A DNA stretch of 64,000 nt from Paraspadella gotoi. Its lineage: Eukaryota; Animalia; Chaetognatha. The translations under genes were made by a program, and so were the position numbers. Below are positions 12,385-26,880 of this stretch, one piece after another. Position 1 is the first letter of the stretch, and each line of letters begins with the position of its first letter. The stretch is taken from positions 14,844,682 through 14,908,681 of the forward strand of contig CM119264.1 of assembly GCA_051294375.1 (NCBI GenBank), given 5' to 3'. The notes beneath the pieces were generated by a model, which worked only from the letters and a program-made list of their open reading frames with translations, was not told the DNA's origin and ran no database searches.

Positions 12385-15300
12385 ATGACATCGAGGGGCT
12401 TTGTTCCTGGTGCGCCCGTACCGGTGATCCTCAATGGACGTCCGCAAACGACAGAAATCAAGTAAGAGGATTTTTTTTTTTTCAGTAGAATCCGCGAAAA
12501 GAGAAACAATTTTTTTTCTCCGCTTTCTCTTTGCGAATAAATATCGTGTTTTCCTCTGCAAAAGAGTAAATAACTGGTGACGAGAGAACAAGAAAGAGCC
12601 TAAAAGAAAGGTGGCTCAATGTATAAAATGGATATGTTAAAAGTTCTTTTTTAAGCTACGTCTTTTTGAAATATTTAAAAACTTTATTATTTCCACTCAA
12701 AATATTTTTAAAAAATCAGGATTTATTGGTTCCGAATAATTTTGAATCTCAAATAATCCCTAAAGAAATTTTTATTTTTTGACTTCTCTCTCCATTCTCA
12801 TTCAAACAATGGATTAATTTTTAACTAAAAAAAAAAAGCATTTCTCTGTATGGAAAAGTAAGCAACCTACGGAATCGTAGAATACTTGAAAAGAGACCTT
12901 TGGCTTTCTCAAAACTGCCAACTCAAGATCAATGTAAACAAACGTCTGAAAAACAGCAAGTTACGGTGGATATATTCTTGAAAAAAAAAATCCCCGATTG
13001 AAATGAAAATCTTACTAAAGCAATGAAGAGAGCGGGTACTAATGCTCGTAAACATGAACGCCAAGGCTAGTAATATTTTTTTGTCATTTTCTCTTCATAC
13101 TGTTTTTTTTTTAATTCGAATTGAAAAAACCCAAGTGGTAAACTCTCGAATCCTCATTCATCATTCGGCAAAGTCAAAACCATCATTTTATCTGCACACA
13201 AAAGCCGTGGTTGCCGAATCCTATAAGTTATAAAATTCACTATTTAACGCTAAACTTAACGAATCAATCATTCTATGCTTACGCCGAACAACTATAATTG
13301 GGCGATAATGGACAAAGCGATGCTTTTTTAAATCTTTTTACTGTCCCTGTTAGTTTTTGTTGTTTTGTATGTGTGCTTAAATAATGACAATCAAAGAAAA
13401 AACAAGTACTGTCAAGATTATAGATACAAACTATGTAAAATTCGCATTTTCTGACTTCGTACTGTTTGAAAAAAAAAAACGAAATTATTTCTCTCTGACT
13501 TCAGCGTTGCGAGAACGAGCAACAAAGAAGTTGAAATCTGTGAGGTGCCTCCCTCACCGGAAGACGACGACGAAGCATTCGATTCGACGCGGCCCCAATT
13601 TCCGTTGCGTCAGATCGGAGGTCCTGAGGAGAAGAGATTCCAAAACCACGTTTTTTCGAGACCCTCGACCACCTACTCAAGTTGCAAGGTGAACATAATC
13701 GATCACCTCCTAGAAAAGAAAGCTTAACAATTATTGTTATATTCTCCAATTGTAGGATCGAGAAATGGATGACCAAAGAGTAGAATTTCACCCAAACTCG
13801 GCGATGAGAAAAAAGTCATCATCTTCAATCCATCATCTCTTGAAACTCGTCAGCTCATTTCTCGACTCATTCAGGTTCATCACATATTTGATATTAATTA
13901 GTAAGTAATTACACAATTTGTGCACATATGTGCAGATTACACAATTTTAATTTAATCAACACGTTTTTAGGAAGGTGAGCCTTATCCCATGGTGGTGCTT
14001 CCGAGGGGAAATGCTTATTCATTGGAAGACAACCTCGATTTCTCCTATAACGATCGAGACGACTATTTACTATAGTTGAAAGAGATCAAGCCTCAGGAGC
14101 CTACAGGTAAAATTAGGCTTTACTCAGTTTCGCCTCCAAACCCCCACTTTTCATCGCTTGAATCATCACTTTTCATCTTCAGGCAACGTTTTGGTCGTCA
14201 TCACTTCAACTACTACGGGGAGGACGACAGGTTTGGCGACGTGTTCGTCTCCATCAAACGATCCAAACCACTCGACCCGAAATTTCGGACGGTCGACCGC
14301 GCAAAAAGAGCGTTGTCGACGACTTCGCGAAACCGGAGGTGGATTATCACGTGATAATTAGGGCCAAAGACACGACGCTCCACGAGGTGGTGACGGCGAG
14401 AGAGGCGACGTTCAGATCCTCCCCACAGGTCTTGAAATAAATTTCAAAATCCGTTTGAAAATATGACCCCAAGACCCGATGAGTTCTCCGGCGTGTCTGC
14501 TACCTGAAAGTTTGACCGATTAAGAGGGAGAGCAAGACTAGAGAGTCAGAACGCGAAATCGCATATATATTTATTTATTATGTGAAATCCTTTTATTCGT
14601 TGTTTGTGATTTAGCGAGAGTTTGATATAGATTCATATAAACTAAATCGAAACTAAATCAAATTTATTTATTTATAAAATATTTAATTTGTGATTACGGC
14701 TAAAAATTTTCTCTAATTAATTTGTTTCCCCAAGATCCCTTCTAGTTCTATTATATTTACATTTTAAATTAGTTTTTAGTCGGATCCGCTTACAGCAGAT
14801 CCCGACTCTATAATCCACGTCGACGGTCCGCCCCCTCAATCTTGTCGGGCATTCACTATATCATGTCAGAACATCGAATTATGATAAATTATGACCAAAA
14901 AAATTATGTCCGTCCGTCTATCCTACTATAGCAAAAACTCCAATTACTCGTGATTGGATGGATGGATTGGAATGAAATTTTTTGTGTGGGTAGGGAAGTG
15001 TGGGATTGAGCTGGATATAAAGTTTCGATGCAACCGTGAGAGTGGAAATGAGTTTAATGAAAAAAAACCAAAACACCTGTTTCACTAATTAATTATGCTT
15101 CTTTTTCTTTTTATATTAAAATTTAAATGTAAATAAAAGATGTATTAATTAATCAAATAAGTATTAATTAATCATTTATTAATCAATTATTAATCAATAA
15201 ATAATTAATTAGTCAAGTAATCATAAAATTAATTATTCAATCAATGTATTAATCAATTAATTATTTAATCAATCAAGTAAGCAAATTGTTATCTGGCAGT

Positions 15301-16657
15301 ATTGTCGTCGTCGCCATCATCGTCGTCGTTGCTTTGTAATGGTCAGTGACGAAAGACCTAAAACAAAAAAATCGGATCAAATTATTGCCTAATTATTAAT
15401 TAGCTTGAATTAAATAATTAATTAATTCATTAACGCTATAGATTGTGGGCAGATCCGACATTGTTTGCTCAAACTTGTTTTATAAATACTAGATTTGACG
15501 ATTTTGGCAATGAAAAAACATTTCTATAGCAATTAAAATAAATTATATCAATATATGATTATAATACTTGTGGACCTTTATAAAATTGAAACATTTTTTG
15601 AAACATTATACCAATTCTGAATTCATTGTAGAGAGTGAATAACGAGACGGTTGTGGAGAGTTTTGATTAAAAAGTTTGCAGGGTACTGCTATGTCATTAT
15701 CTTGTTAAGAATGATGGAAGGCCTTAAGCCACCATTGCCCTATCCAAAGTCAGGGGCAAATAGCTTATTTATGAATGAATGGATAATTTTTATATTGGTT
15801 TGTACCAATTACATTATTTTTCAAATTATAAAGAAATTATTCACGATCATAGTTTTGATCACACTCATTAATTAATCAAATCTTTCCCGTCAGCATTAAA
15901 TCAAGACGGACCTTTCCGTCAACGGAGATTACACTCCTCTTACTCCGACGCTGCGTTTCGACGCCTCAGAGATGCTTCTCGATTACGACGAGCACAACCG
16001 CAGCACCTGTATACAAGTTCGGCGTTCATCTTGCACGCCGACACCAGGTCACCGAGGAGAAATGTTCAACAACCCGAGGACGGTGGCGATTGACCTCGAT
16101 TCATGGACTTCGTCGCCGAGCGCGTGGCCGCTGCAAGGGATTTCCGAGGTTTCCGCGGTGGACTGGACGTTTCGATCCAATCACACCGGCACTGAGTCTT
16201 ATTCGCGCGGCTCGACGATCGGGAGATAATGTTCACGTCTCGCGCGATGCTACGCTTACTTCGCCCAACGACAAACAGCAGCTACAGCGAAAGCGTCACG
16301 TGGGCAATAATGGTCTGCATACGTGTTCCAAGAGTGCAACACGCCCTTCTCACCCGACATGATTGCCTCACCACTTTTTTGCAAGTATTTGTCGTCGTCC
16401 ATCCGCTCGACGCCTGAGCGTTACTGTGCGTTGTGACGCGTAGGGGCGAATGTGCAGATTCTCGCGCGCACTGCCGGAAAGGCGGAATTTTTTTTTTCGC
16501 GATGAGACTTTCCAGGATTTTCTGCTCGCTAAACTGATCAACGCCGAGCACTGCCTGTTACGAGACACGGACAGCTGCGTGAGATGACAAGCAGGACACG
16601 GGCGACTCTGTTCGAGGTGCTCTACCTAAGAGATACGCGAGGAAGAACGAGACATTT
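12385..16657 (+). pseudogene. Frameshifted, truncated copy of the Rap1GAP gene; likely an error-rich redundant assembly rather than a true pseudogene
   Basis: Same exons as 21778-26055 with many single-base indels, breaking off at the gap within the RapGAP exon. Confidence 0.6.
14773..15480 (+). mobile_element. Non-autonomous Helentron/HINE (DINE-like) element
   Basis: Begins in a T-run with hairpin agtcggatccgc...gcagatcccgact, then ctataatc, GTCC-type repeats, AT-rich core, 3' subterminal repeat gcagatccgac and ends in a T-run. Also at 24175-24893 and 52427-53198. Confidence 0.65.
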
Positions 16658-16682
16658 NNNNNNNNNNNNNNNNNNNNNNNNN
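16658..16682. other. Assembly gap (25 N)
   Basis: Run of N characters. Confidence 1.
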
Positions 16683-18028
16683 CCTCCTCTCCTCTTCGTA
16701 GTTCCACTTCTCTCGTTGTCTTCTCCTCTTCTATAAATCGCCTTCCACGTTTATTCAAAGATTCTCTCTTACAAGTACTTCCTCTCGTCAATGAAAAAAA
16801 GTAACCGACATCGGCTCCTAAATCGATCAAGTTTGCCCGAAATTTCTCATGGAATTACTGTCGGTTCAGTTTGCGAAATTTCCTGACACAACATCGAACA
16901 CGTTGCTTTATTCACGGCAAAAATATTCTCGGGTTTAGTGATATGATTCACGTTTGTTTTGGTGATACTCTTTTTACGCATGGACAAAATGCAAAAAAAA
17001 ATGCAACGACAAAAAAAAAACCAAAAATCGATAATTTTATTATTTGGGTAATAATTCAGGAATGGGACGGGATTTCATCGGTTTTTCCGAGCGAGTTTAT
17101 GGGTTTCCACGGGAAATTTATTTGCGTGCTTGTGAAACTCTGCAAACCATGTTTTACTCTTCGCTGCAAAAAAAACAAAAAAAAAAACAAAAAAAAAAAA
17201 AAAACCGAAACGGCTTAATTTCGATATCTCACTTGGGTTAAATGAAACACAAATTTAAAAAAAACAACTTTAAAATATGAAACAAAATTCTCGCGGTGAA
17301 AACGAGTGATTAACTTATGACTCAAACGAATAAAAACTTTTTTCAATTTGGTTCTCATGCCCTGCCTTTTTCGAAGAAGGTTTCGAACCGAAGCTATAAT
17401 TATTTATTTTTTTTATTGAGGAACCAGTTCGTGTCTTGTCTTCTTCACGTTTTTATTCATAAAGATCATCAACGAATTTACCATAAATTTTCGGATAATT
17501 AGTTCGTAAAATACGTTTTTAATGTAAGAGTTTCACCTGAAATATGAACTTTTGTTCTAAATACCAATTGACAGGTTTGTTTAAGTAGTATTAGTAGTAT
17601 TTTTCATAATTTTTAAAAAGAGAAGAAATTTTTTTTAGATTATTCTTTTACTATTGCAAAATAAGTAATACACAGGGTCTCTATTCTTCTTACTATTGAT
17701 ATTTTCAAATATACTTTAAGAAAAATCCGGTCGCGTTTCTTTTCCTGAGAATTAATTACTTCCCTGGGTTTAAGTATTCAACCCTCTCTTAATCCACGGC
17801 TCAAAGCGATAAATAAACGACGACTGGGGGATGAATGACGAAAGCCCAAAATAAAGGAAACGCTATTTCTTTTGGCGGAAGATACCGGCAAGTCTCCACT
17901 CTCCGGGCTTTCGTCGTTATCCCTTTTAAGTTGCCATTGGCGACGAGAACGCGATCGCCGACGGCGGCGGATTCGAAGGGTAGGAAGGTGAAGAAGCCCT
18001 GGGGAAATAGAGAGATAAATAAAAAGGA

Positions 18029-18178
<150 letters not shown>

Positions 18179-18404
18179 AAATAAAAATATGTTAAAAAAT
18201 AATAAAGAGAAAGAGAAAAATAAATATAAATAAGGTAAAAAAAAGAAAGCTAGAAAGAGAGCGAGAATGAAAAAAAAAAGAAAGTGAGACGAACAGGCCG
18301 AATAAAACAAGGATTTCGACTCCATTTCCGCCGGACGAAGGAAAAGAATCGAACTTTGAAAAAAAAAGACGCAATCGACACAAAAGGGATAGAATCTCCA
18401 GGAA

Positions 18405-18444
<40 letters not shown>

Positions 18445-19476
18445 TCAATCCACACCCGTCAGAAAAAAGTCGGGAGACCGTGACGATCCTGAAGCGTCAT
18501 CGTCAAAAATCGTCGTTCTTCGTCATGTCACGCCATTGTCATCGCAGGGACGAAGAAAATTCCTTCCATTTCATCAAAACGCTAACGGCTAAGCGTCGCT
18601 CTCAATATTTTCATCATCTTCATCGCCTCTCTGATTAATTCGATGGAGTGAATTTGCATAATTGTCACTTTGCGATTAGATTTTAAACTTATGGTCATGT
18701 ATCGATTCCTTTTTAAATCGCGAGGCTTTCTGAATTAGTTATGACTATGATAAAACCTCATCATAAATTCTAGAATTTATCAGTCGTTCGAGCGATCGAG
18801 TGCTTGATTAGTGATTAAGGTGGAAATGTTAATTATGAACTATGAAGCATCATGAATTTTACTTTCATTGAAGCTTTTGTCGTTTTCCCTTGAATTAAAA
18901 TTCTTATGTAATGACCCATGGCGACGGGAGATCCAATTAGCTATAAACGGTTTCTTTTCGCGCTTTTTTTCCTTCCAATTTTCAAAAACACCGATTACCT
19001 GATCCGATGGAATTCGCCCTCGGGATTAATTCGGGACCATCTTACCTTTGGCTTGGGGACGAAAGAAATCTCGGAGTTTAATCTTCTTCCATTATGATTA
19101 TCGCTTTAAATTGTTTCGCGGGTTCGATATAAAACGATAACCGGAAAAATCGAAATGGCAAATGCTTTTTTTTTTTTTTTTTATTATTTCACAACAGAAA
19201 TCGATTTCCGCATTTAATCCCACCCGCATTTTTTCCCCTCTTTGCTAAATCAACTTTTCTATTGTTTCCTCAGACTTATCGTATCTATTTCAGTTTTTCT
19301 CTCGTGAGGGCGTGACGTCAGCGCGGAAATGTTTGGCCAGATGGCGTCTCTCCCTCTCTCTTCGCGTCCGACGCGTCGCCCACCAGTTATTCGACTTGCA
19401 TGAGGATTCCTCGCCAAACGGCATTTTGTCTCATTTTCGGGTTTAAATCAAAGTATCCATCCGTGGCGGGAGAGAG

Positions 19477-19576
<100 letters not shown>

Positions 19577-19751
19577 TATTACGCAGGATTTGAAAACTAA
19601 ACACGACAGATTATCAATGACGATCGTGGCGATCATTGAAGGCAAACAAGGAAAGCAACTCGCCGAACGGAAATGCCTCAGAGTCCAGACGACGAGTACA
19701 TGATCACCGCCGACGACTTTCGCGGCTCAGTTCATGAGAATGCATAATCCG

Positions 19752-19841
<90 letters not shown>

Positions 19842-21777
19842 GTCTCCACATTTCGATTCCGATCGCCCGACGTCTCGTTTTTCTTTTTTGTCGTCGTGAT
19901 TCACAATTGAGGTTCCAAACCAAAGTGTGGCCAAACTGATTTTTTTTTTCTCTTTCTCTTTTTCTTTGCGTCAGAAACAAAAAACCCGGTCGGTTTAAAC
20001 TTTACCCTCTTTTCTTCGTCTCTCAACAAAAACGGCTCTGTCAGAAAAAACAGGATCAACAATCGACTTCCTTTTTCAGTTTTGGTTTTCTTTTTTTCAT
20101 AAACTCGTTTTCTTACTTTATTCACAAGACAACTCGAACAATTTTTTTTCAAAACCTTTTTTTTAATTTTTTTTAGATTTTCGAGCGAAGAAGTTTTTCT
20201 TCTCTTCTTTTTTTTTTCTTTCTTTCTCTCTTTTGATTTTTTTTCCCTTACGTTTGAACAAGGGGAAAAAAACCAAAACTAAGAATCGTGGCTTCGACGA
20301 ATGAAACAAAAAGCACTTTTTATACTATTCTAATACGCTTCCCTGCTCTTCAATCTGAGCATGGCAATTCGAAATCTGATCGGCTCGAAACGGGACTCTC
20401 ACGCTGATGATCGTTAATTTATAAGTAAAAAACTTTTTTCACACAGAAAAATAAAGTTTTCACAGTTGGAATCTTCTTTGAATATTTTTTTTTTATTTCC
20501 TCATCGACGCCAAGAAAAAATAACTAAATTTTTTTTTCAAAAATCAAGTCTCGCAGTTTATTATTTTTTTTCTCCCTGCATCGCTTTAAGTTTCGAATGA
20601 AATTCACAAACTCCGTGAGGCTCACACGAGGTCAGAAACATAAAACCCATTCTGATCGGGCAATCGAGAGTCTTCGAAAGTCTCGACGGGAAGGACGGAC
20701 TTACGGACGTCATCGGAGGATCGGGCGGATCGAGTTTCGGGAAAGAAGACCCCACACGCACCATCGACAGATTAATCAACCTTAAATTCTTTATCGCCCA
20801 TTTTTTTTTTTTTTAATCGTTGTTTCCGAATCCTGCGGAAAACTAAGAGTATTTTATGTTCTGGGGGAAAAAAAAAACAAGCTACGAACCAAAGAGCATA
20901 TCAGTTTCTGCCTCTCAATCTCACTCTCTCGATTTTTTTTTTTAAATTTCGCATCTCAAAACCAAAATACCGATGACGCTGACGGAAAAATTGCCTCGTT
21001 TTCGCCACCAAACGTTTTTTGGTACATTTATCACGCGCGTTCCCGTGAGACGAAGATAATGCACTTTTTTTTTATTGGTTTACTTGCTCGCTCGCTCTCT
21101 TTCTCTCTCTCTCTCTCTCCCCTTTCCGAACACCCCCCCTCACCCCGCACAAACGACATTCACTTTTTTTCTTTTCTCACACAGCAACTCCGGACTCTGG
21201 CGATTCACATCTGTTCGGAGAAACTCGGTTTTTTTGGCGGCGAAGGAAATGATTAAAAATCTGATGAAGGTCTGAGAAAAGAGATCCAAGCCCGCGCCTC
21301 TTTTTAAAGTCTTTTTTAAAACTTTTCTCGTTTTTCAAAATCTGAAAAAGATCCGAAGGAACGAACGAATCGGAAAAAATAAAGCCCAAGAGTGTTCGTC
21401 ACGAGTACGAATTTGTTGTTAATATCAAAATCTGTCTCTCTCTCCCTTATCAGACTCAAATTTTTAATTTGACAAATGGAGAGTTCGTCGATCGGCGAGT
21501 CGCGAACGAATCGATTCGTCGACGACCCGAAAATGATCAGCTAATACAAACATTAACATTCATAAAAATTCAAACAAATAGAGAAACATTATCGCGTCTC
21601 ATTCCAAAACGACATTCTAAAAAAATAAAGTCTTATCGAATCTCACAACCCCCTGATTTCGAAACCGTCGACGTTCCGACAATTGATTCCAAATAATTTG
21701 TCGGTTTCGGCAAATCTCTCGTCCAGCTTTTCCCTTTCATTTTGACATTCTCTCTCTCTCATCGCTCGTCGCCGAAA

Positions 21778-24700
21778 ATGACATCGAGGGGCTTTGTTCC
21801 TGGTGCGCCCGTACCGGTGATCCTCAATGGACGTCCGCAAACGACAGAAATCAAGTAAGAGGATTTTTTTTTTTCAGTAGAATCCGCGAAAAGAGAACAA
21901 TTTTTTTTCTCCGCTTCTCTTTTGCGAATAAATATCGTGTTTTCCTCTGCAAAAGAGTAAATAAACTGGTGACGAGAGAACAAGAAAGAGCCTAAAAGAA
22001 AGGTGGCTCAATGTATAAAATGGATATGTTTAAAAGTTCTTTTTTAAGCTACGTCTTTTTGAAATATTTAAAAACTTTATTATTTCCACTCAAAATATTT
22101 TTAAAAAATCAGGAATTTGGTTCCGAATAATTTTTGAATCTCAAATAATCCCTAAAGAAATTTTTATTTTTGACTTCTCTCTCCATTCTCATTCAAACAA
22201 TGGATTAATTTTTTAACTAAAAAAAAAAGCATTTCTCTGTATGGAAAAGTAAGGCAACCTACGGAATCGTAGAATACTTGAAAAAGAGACCTTTGGCTTT
22301 CTCAAAACTGCCAACTCAAGATCAATGTAAACAAACGTCTGAAAAACAGCAAGTTACTGTGGATATATTCTTGAAAAAAAAAATCCCCGATTGAAATGAA
22401 AATCTTACTAAAGCAATGAAGAGAGCGGGTACTAATGTCTCGTAAACATGAACGCAAGGCTAGTAATATTTTTTTGTCATTTTCTCTTCATACTGTTTTT
22501 TTTTAATTCGAATTGAAAAACCCAAGTGGTAAACTCTCGAATCCTCATTCATCATTCGGCAAAGTCAAAACCATCATTTATCTCGCACACAAAAGCCGTG
22601 GTTGCCGAATCTATAAGTTATAAAATTCACTATTTAACGCTAAACTTAACGAATCAATCATTCTATGCTTACGCCGAACAACTATAATTGGGCGATAATG
22701 GACAAAGCGATGCTTTTTTAAATCTTTTTACTGTCCCTGTTAGTTTTTGTTTGTTTTGTATGTGTGTCTTAAATAATGACAATCAAAGAAAAAACAAGTA
22801 CTGTCAAGATTATAGATACAAACTATGTAAAATTCGCATTTTCTGACTTACGTACTGTTTGAAAAAAAAAACGAAATTATTTCTCTCTGACTTCAGCGTT
22901 GCGAGAACGAGCAACAAAGAAGTTGAAATCTGTGAGGTGCCTCCCTCACCGGAAGACGACGACGAAGCATTCGATTCGACGCCGGCCCCAATTTCCGTTG
23001 CGTCAGATCGGAGGTCCCTGAGGAGAAGAGATTCCAAAACCACGTTTTTCGAGACCCTCGACCACCTACTCAAGTTGCAAGGTGAACATAATCGATCACC
23101 TCCTAGAAAAGAAAGCTTAACAATTATTGTTATATTCTCCAATTGTAGGATCGAGAATGGATGACCAAAGAGTAGAATTTCACCCAAACTCGGCGATGAG
23201 AAAAAAGTCATCATCTTCAAATCCATCATCTCTTGAAACTCGTCAGCTCATTTCTCGACTCATTCAGGTTCAATCACATATTTGATATTAATTAGTAAGT
23301 AATTACACAATTTGTGCACATATGTGCAGATTACACAATTTTAATTTAATCAACACGTTTTTAGGAAGGTGAGCCTTATCCCATGGTGGTGCTTCCGAGG
23401 GGAAATGCTTATTCATTGGAAGACAACCTCGATTTCTCCTATAACGATCGAGACGATATTTATATAGTTGAAAGAGATCAAGCCTCAGGAGCCTACAGGT
23501 AAAAATTAGGCTTTACTCAGTTTCGCCTCCAAACCCCCACGTTTCATCGCTTGAAATCATCACTTTTCATCTTTACAGGCAACTGTTCTGGGGTCGTCAT
23601 CACTTCAACTACTACGGGGAGGACGACAGGTTTGGCGACGTTGTCGTCTCCATCAAACGATCCAACCCACTTCGACCCGAAATTTCGGACGGTCGACCGC
23701 GCAAAAAGAGCGTTGTCGACGACTTCGCGAAACCGGAGGTGGATTATCACGTGATAATTAGGGCCAAAGACACGACGCTCCACGAGGTGGTGACGGCGAG
23801 AGAAGGCGACGTTCAGATCTCCCCACAGGTCTTGAAATAAATTTCAAAATCCGTTTGAAAATATGACCCCAAAGACCCGATGAGTTCTCCGGCGTGTCTG
23901 CTACCTGAAAGTTTGACCGATTAAGAGGGAGAGCAAGACTAGAGAGTCAGAACGCGAAATCGCATATATATTTATTTATTATGTGAAATCCTTTTATTCG
24001 TTGTTTGTGATTTAGCGAGAGTTTGATATAGATTCATTATAAACTAAATCGAAACTAAATCAAATTTATTTATTTATAAAATATTTAATTTGTGATTACG
24101 GCTAAAAATTTTCTCTAATTAATTTGTTTCCCCAAGATCCCTTCTAGTTCTATTATATTTACATTTTAAATTAGTTTTTAGTCGGATCCGCTTACAGCAG
24201 ATCCCGACTCTATAATCCACGGTCCGACGGTCCGCCCCCTCAATCTTGTCGGGCATTCACTTATATCATGTCAGAACATCGAATTATGATAAATTATGAC
24301 CAAAAAAATTATGTCCGTCCGTCTATCCTACTATAGCAAAAAACTCCAATTACTCGTGATTGGATGGATGGATTGGAATGAAATTTTTTGTGTGGGTAGG
24401 GAAGTGTGGGATTGAGCTGGATATAAAGTTTCGATGCAACCGTGAGAGTGGAAATGAGTTTAAATGAAAAAAAAACAAAACACCTGTTTCACTAATTAAT
24501 TATGCTTCTTTTTCTTTTTATATTAAAATTTAAATGTAAATAAAAGATGTATTAATTAATCAAATAAGTATTAATTAATCATTTAATTAATCAATTAATT
24601 AATCAATAAATAATTAATTAGTCAAGTAATCAATAAATTAATTATTCAATCAATGTATTAATCAATTAATTATTTAATCAATCAAGTAAGCCAATTGTTA

Positions 24701-26880
24701 TCGGCAGTATTGTCGTCGTCGCCATCATCGTCGTCGTTGCATTTGTAATGGTCAGTGACGAAAAGACCTAAAAACAAAAAATTCGGATCAAATTAATTGC
24801 CTAATTATTTAATTAGCTTGAATTAAATAATTAATTAATTCATTAACGCTATAGATTGTGGGCAGATCCGACATTGTTTGCTCAAACTTGTTTTATAAAT
24901 ACTAGATTTGACGATTTGGCAATGAAAAAACATTTCTATAGCAATTAAAATAAATTATATCAATATATGAATTATAATACTTGTGGACCTTTAATAAAAT
25001 TGAAACATTTTTTGAAACATTATACCAATTCTGAATTCATTGATAGAGAGTGAATAAACGAGACGGTGTGAGAGTTTTGATTAAAAAGTTTGCAGGGTAC
25101 TGCTATGTCATTATCTTGTAAGAATGATGGAGGCCTTAAGCCACCATCCGATCAACAGTCAGGGCAAGATAGACTTAATTATTGAATGAATGGATAATTT
25201 TATATTGGTTGTACCAATTAAATTATTTTTCAAAATTATAAAGAGAATATAGTTCACGATCATAGTTTTGATCACACTCATAATTAATCAAATCTTTCCC
25301 GTCAGGCATTAATCAAGACGGCCTTTCCGTCAACGGAGATTACACTCCTCACTCCGACGCTTGCGTTCGACGCCTCAGAGATGCTTCTCGATTACGACGA
25401 GCACAACCGCAGCACCTGTTACAAGTTCGGCGTCATCTTGCAGCGCCGACACCAGGTCACCGAGGAGGAAATGTTCAACAACCTCGAGGACGGTGGCGAA
25501 TTGACTCGATTCATGGACTTCGTCGCCGAGCGCGTGCCGCTGCAAGGATTTCGAGGTTTCCGCGGTGGACTGGACGTTCGATCCAATCACACCGGCACTG
25601 AGTCTTATTACGCGCGGCTCGACGATCGGGAGATAATGTTTCACGTCTCGACGATGCTACCTTACTTGCCCAACGACAAACAGCAGCTACAGCGAAAGCG
25701 TCACGTGGGCAATGACATGGTCTGCATCGTGTTCCAAGAGTGCAACACGCCCTTCTCACCCGACATGATTGCCTCACACTTTTTGCAAGTATTTGTCGTC
25801 GTCCATCCGCTCGACGCCGAGCGTTACCGCGTGTCCGTGACGCGTAGGGGCGATGTGCCAGATTTCGCGCCGCCACTGCCGGAAGGCGGGATTTTTTTTC
25901 GCGATGAGACTTTCCAGGATTTTCTGCTCGCTAAACTGATCAACGCCGAGCATGCCTGTTACGAGACACGGAAGCTGCGGGAGATGACAAGCAGGACACG
26001 GGCGACTCTGTTCGAGGTGCTCTACCAAGAGATACGCGAGAAGAACGAGACATTTTTGGAGGCGTCGACACTGAACGTAGTCGATGTAAAAAAACTTGCG
26101 GCAAAAAGGGAAAAGGAAGCGAAAAAAATACGCAAAAAAAGTCGTGTGAAGACGGCGAAAAGTTTCGGTTTCGGATCGGAGGATTCGTCGGAAGCAACGC
26201 CCGAACGAAAGACGAAGAGCATCAGCGAGCTTCTTCCTTTGGCTCTCTCTAGTCCGTCCAGCTTTATGTCACACAGTAGCACTCCCAGTACACCGCAACC
26301 ACAAAAGCGCCTAAGCGGAGAATCGTCTTCCCTCAAATCGCAGCATCTAAATGGCTCCACAACGGCCCTACACGTGGCGGGCATGTCGCAGCCACCGAAT
26401 GTGACGCGGGTGCGCCGCATGCCCGTCACCAGAGTCGACCTCAACGCCAACCATAACCACCTCGACGGACGGGAAGTTACGGTTCATCATCATCCCGACG
26501 ACGAAGCCATTTCGCTTCGCTCAAACAATTCCGAGTATTCCGATGAGAACGCCGCCGTAACTGATGATGATGTCTCCAATCGACGACAGCGTCGCGTCGC
26601 CAATTCCTCACCAAAATCGGGCGCCGATGACGGCAATCACGACCATACCCGGAAAGCTTCGTTCACGAGCTCGACGACGAACAATTCCAATGAGATCAGT
26701 CTCGATAGCGCCATCGTCGGAGAGGACCATCAAAGTCTGTACGAGGAAATTCAAAGACTCGTCGCGGAAAATAAAGTATTGCGTCATCAAGTGGAGCACC
26801 AAAGATGGGAAAAAACGCAGCAGTTACCGCCCACTCATGGTCCTTTCTTTGATATGGAATTAAAACAGACTACAGTCTGA
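21778..26880 (+). CDS. RAP1GAP: Rap1 GTPase-activating protein with N-terminal GoLoco motif (~779 aa)
   Basis: Exons 21778-21854, 22897-23081, 23149-23267, 23365-23498, 23579-23828, 25306-26880 splice in frame (2340 nt). Motifs: GoLoco LLKLQ|GSRMDDQR, EGEPYPMVVLP, HHFNYY, YKFGVI, EIMFHVSTMLPY, catalytic QQLQRKRHVGND. The first exon is inferred from phase and is less certain. Confidence 0.9.
24175..24893 (+). mobile_element. Non-autonomous Helentron/HINE-like element in Rap1GAP intron 5
   Basis: Same structure as 14773-15480; an independent diverged copy lies in a laminin intron at 52427-53198. Confidence 0.65.
25110..25220 (+). repeat. Short dispersed repeat (tatcttgtaagaatgatggaggccttaa...ggataatttttatattggttgtaccaatt)
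   Basis: Copies at ~15697-15810 and 51580-51690, and partial copies in opposite orientations at ~61130-61210 and 61320-61390. Confidence 0.7.

Larger units (their letters stand above)
7239..16657 (+). repeat. Copy 1 of ~9.4 kb tandem duplication (probable assembly artefact)
   Basis: Near-identical to 16683-26055. Indel density rises toward the N gap and the copy ends mid-exon. Confidence 0.9.

Noticed and set aside
12385-16657. Second Rap1GAP paralogue
   Set aside because: The indel pattern, truncation at the N gap and near-identity of the introns point to an assembly artefact.
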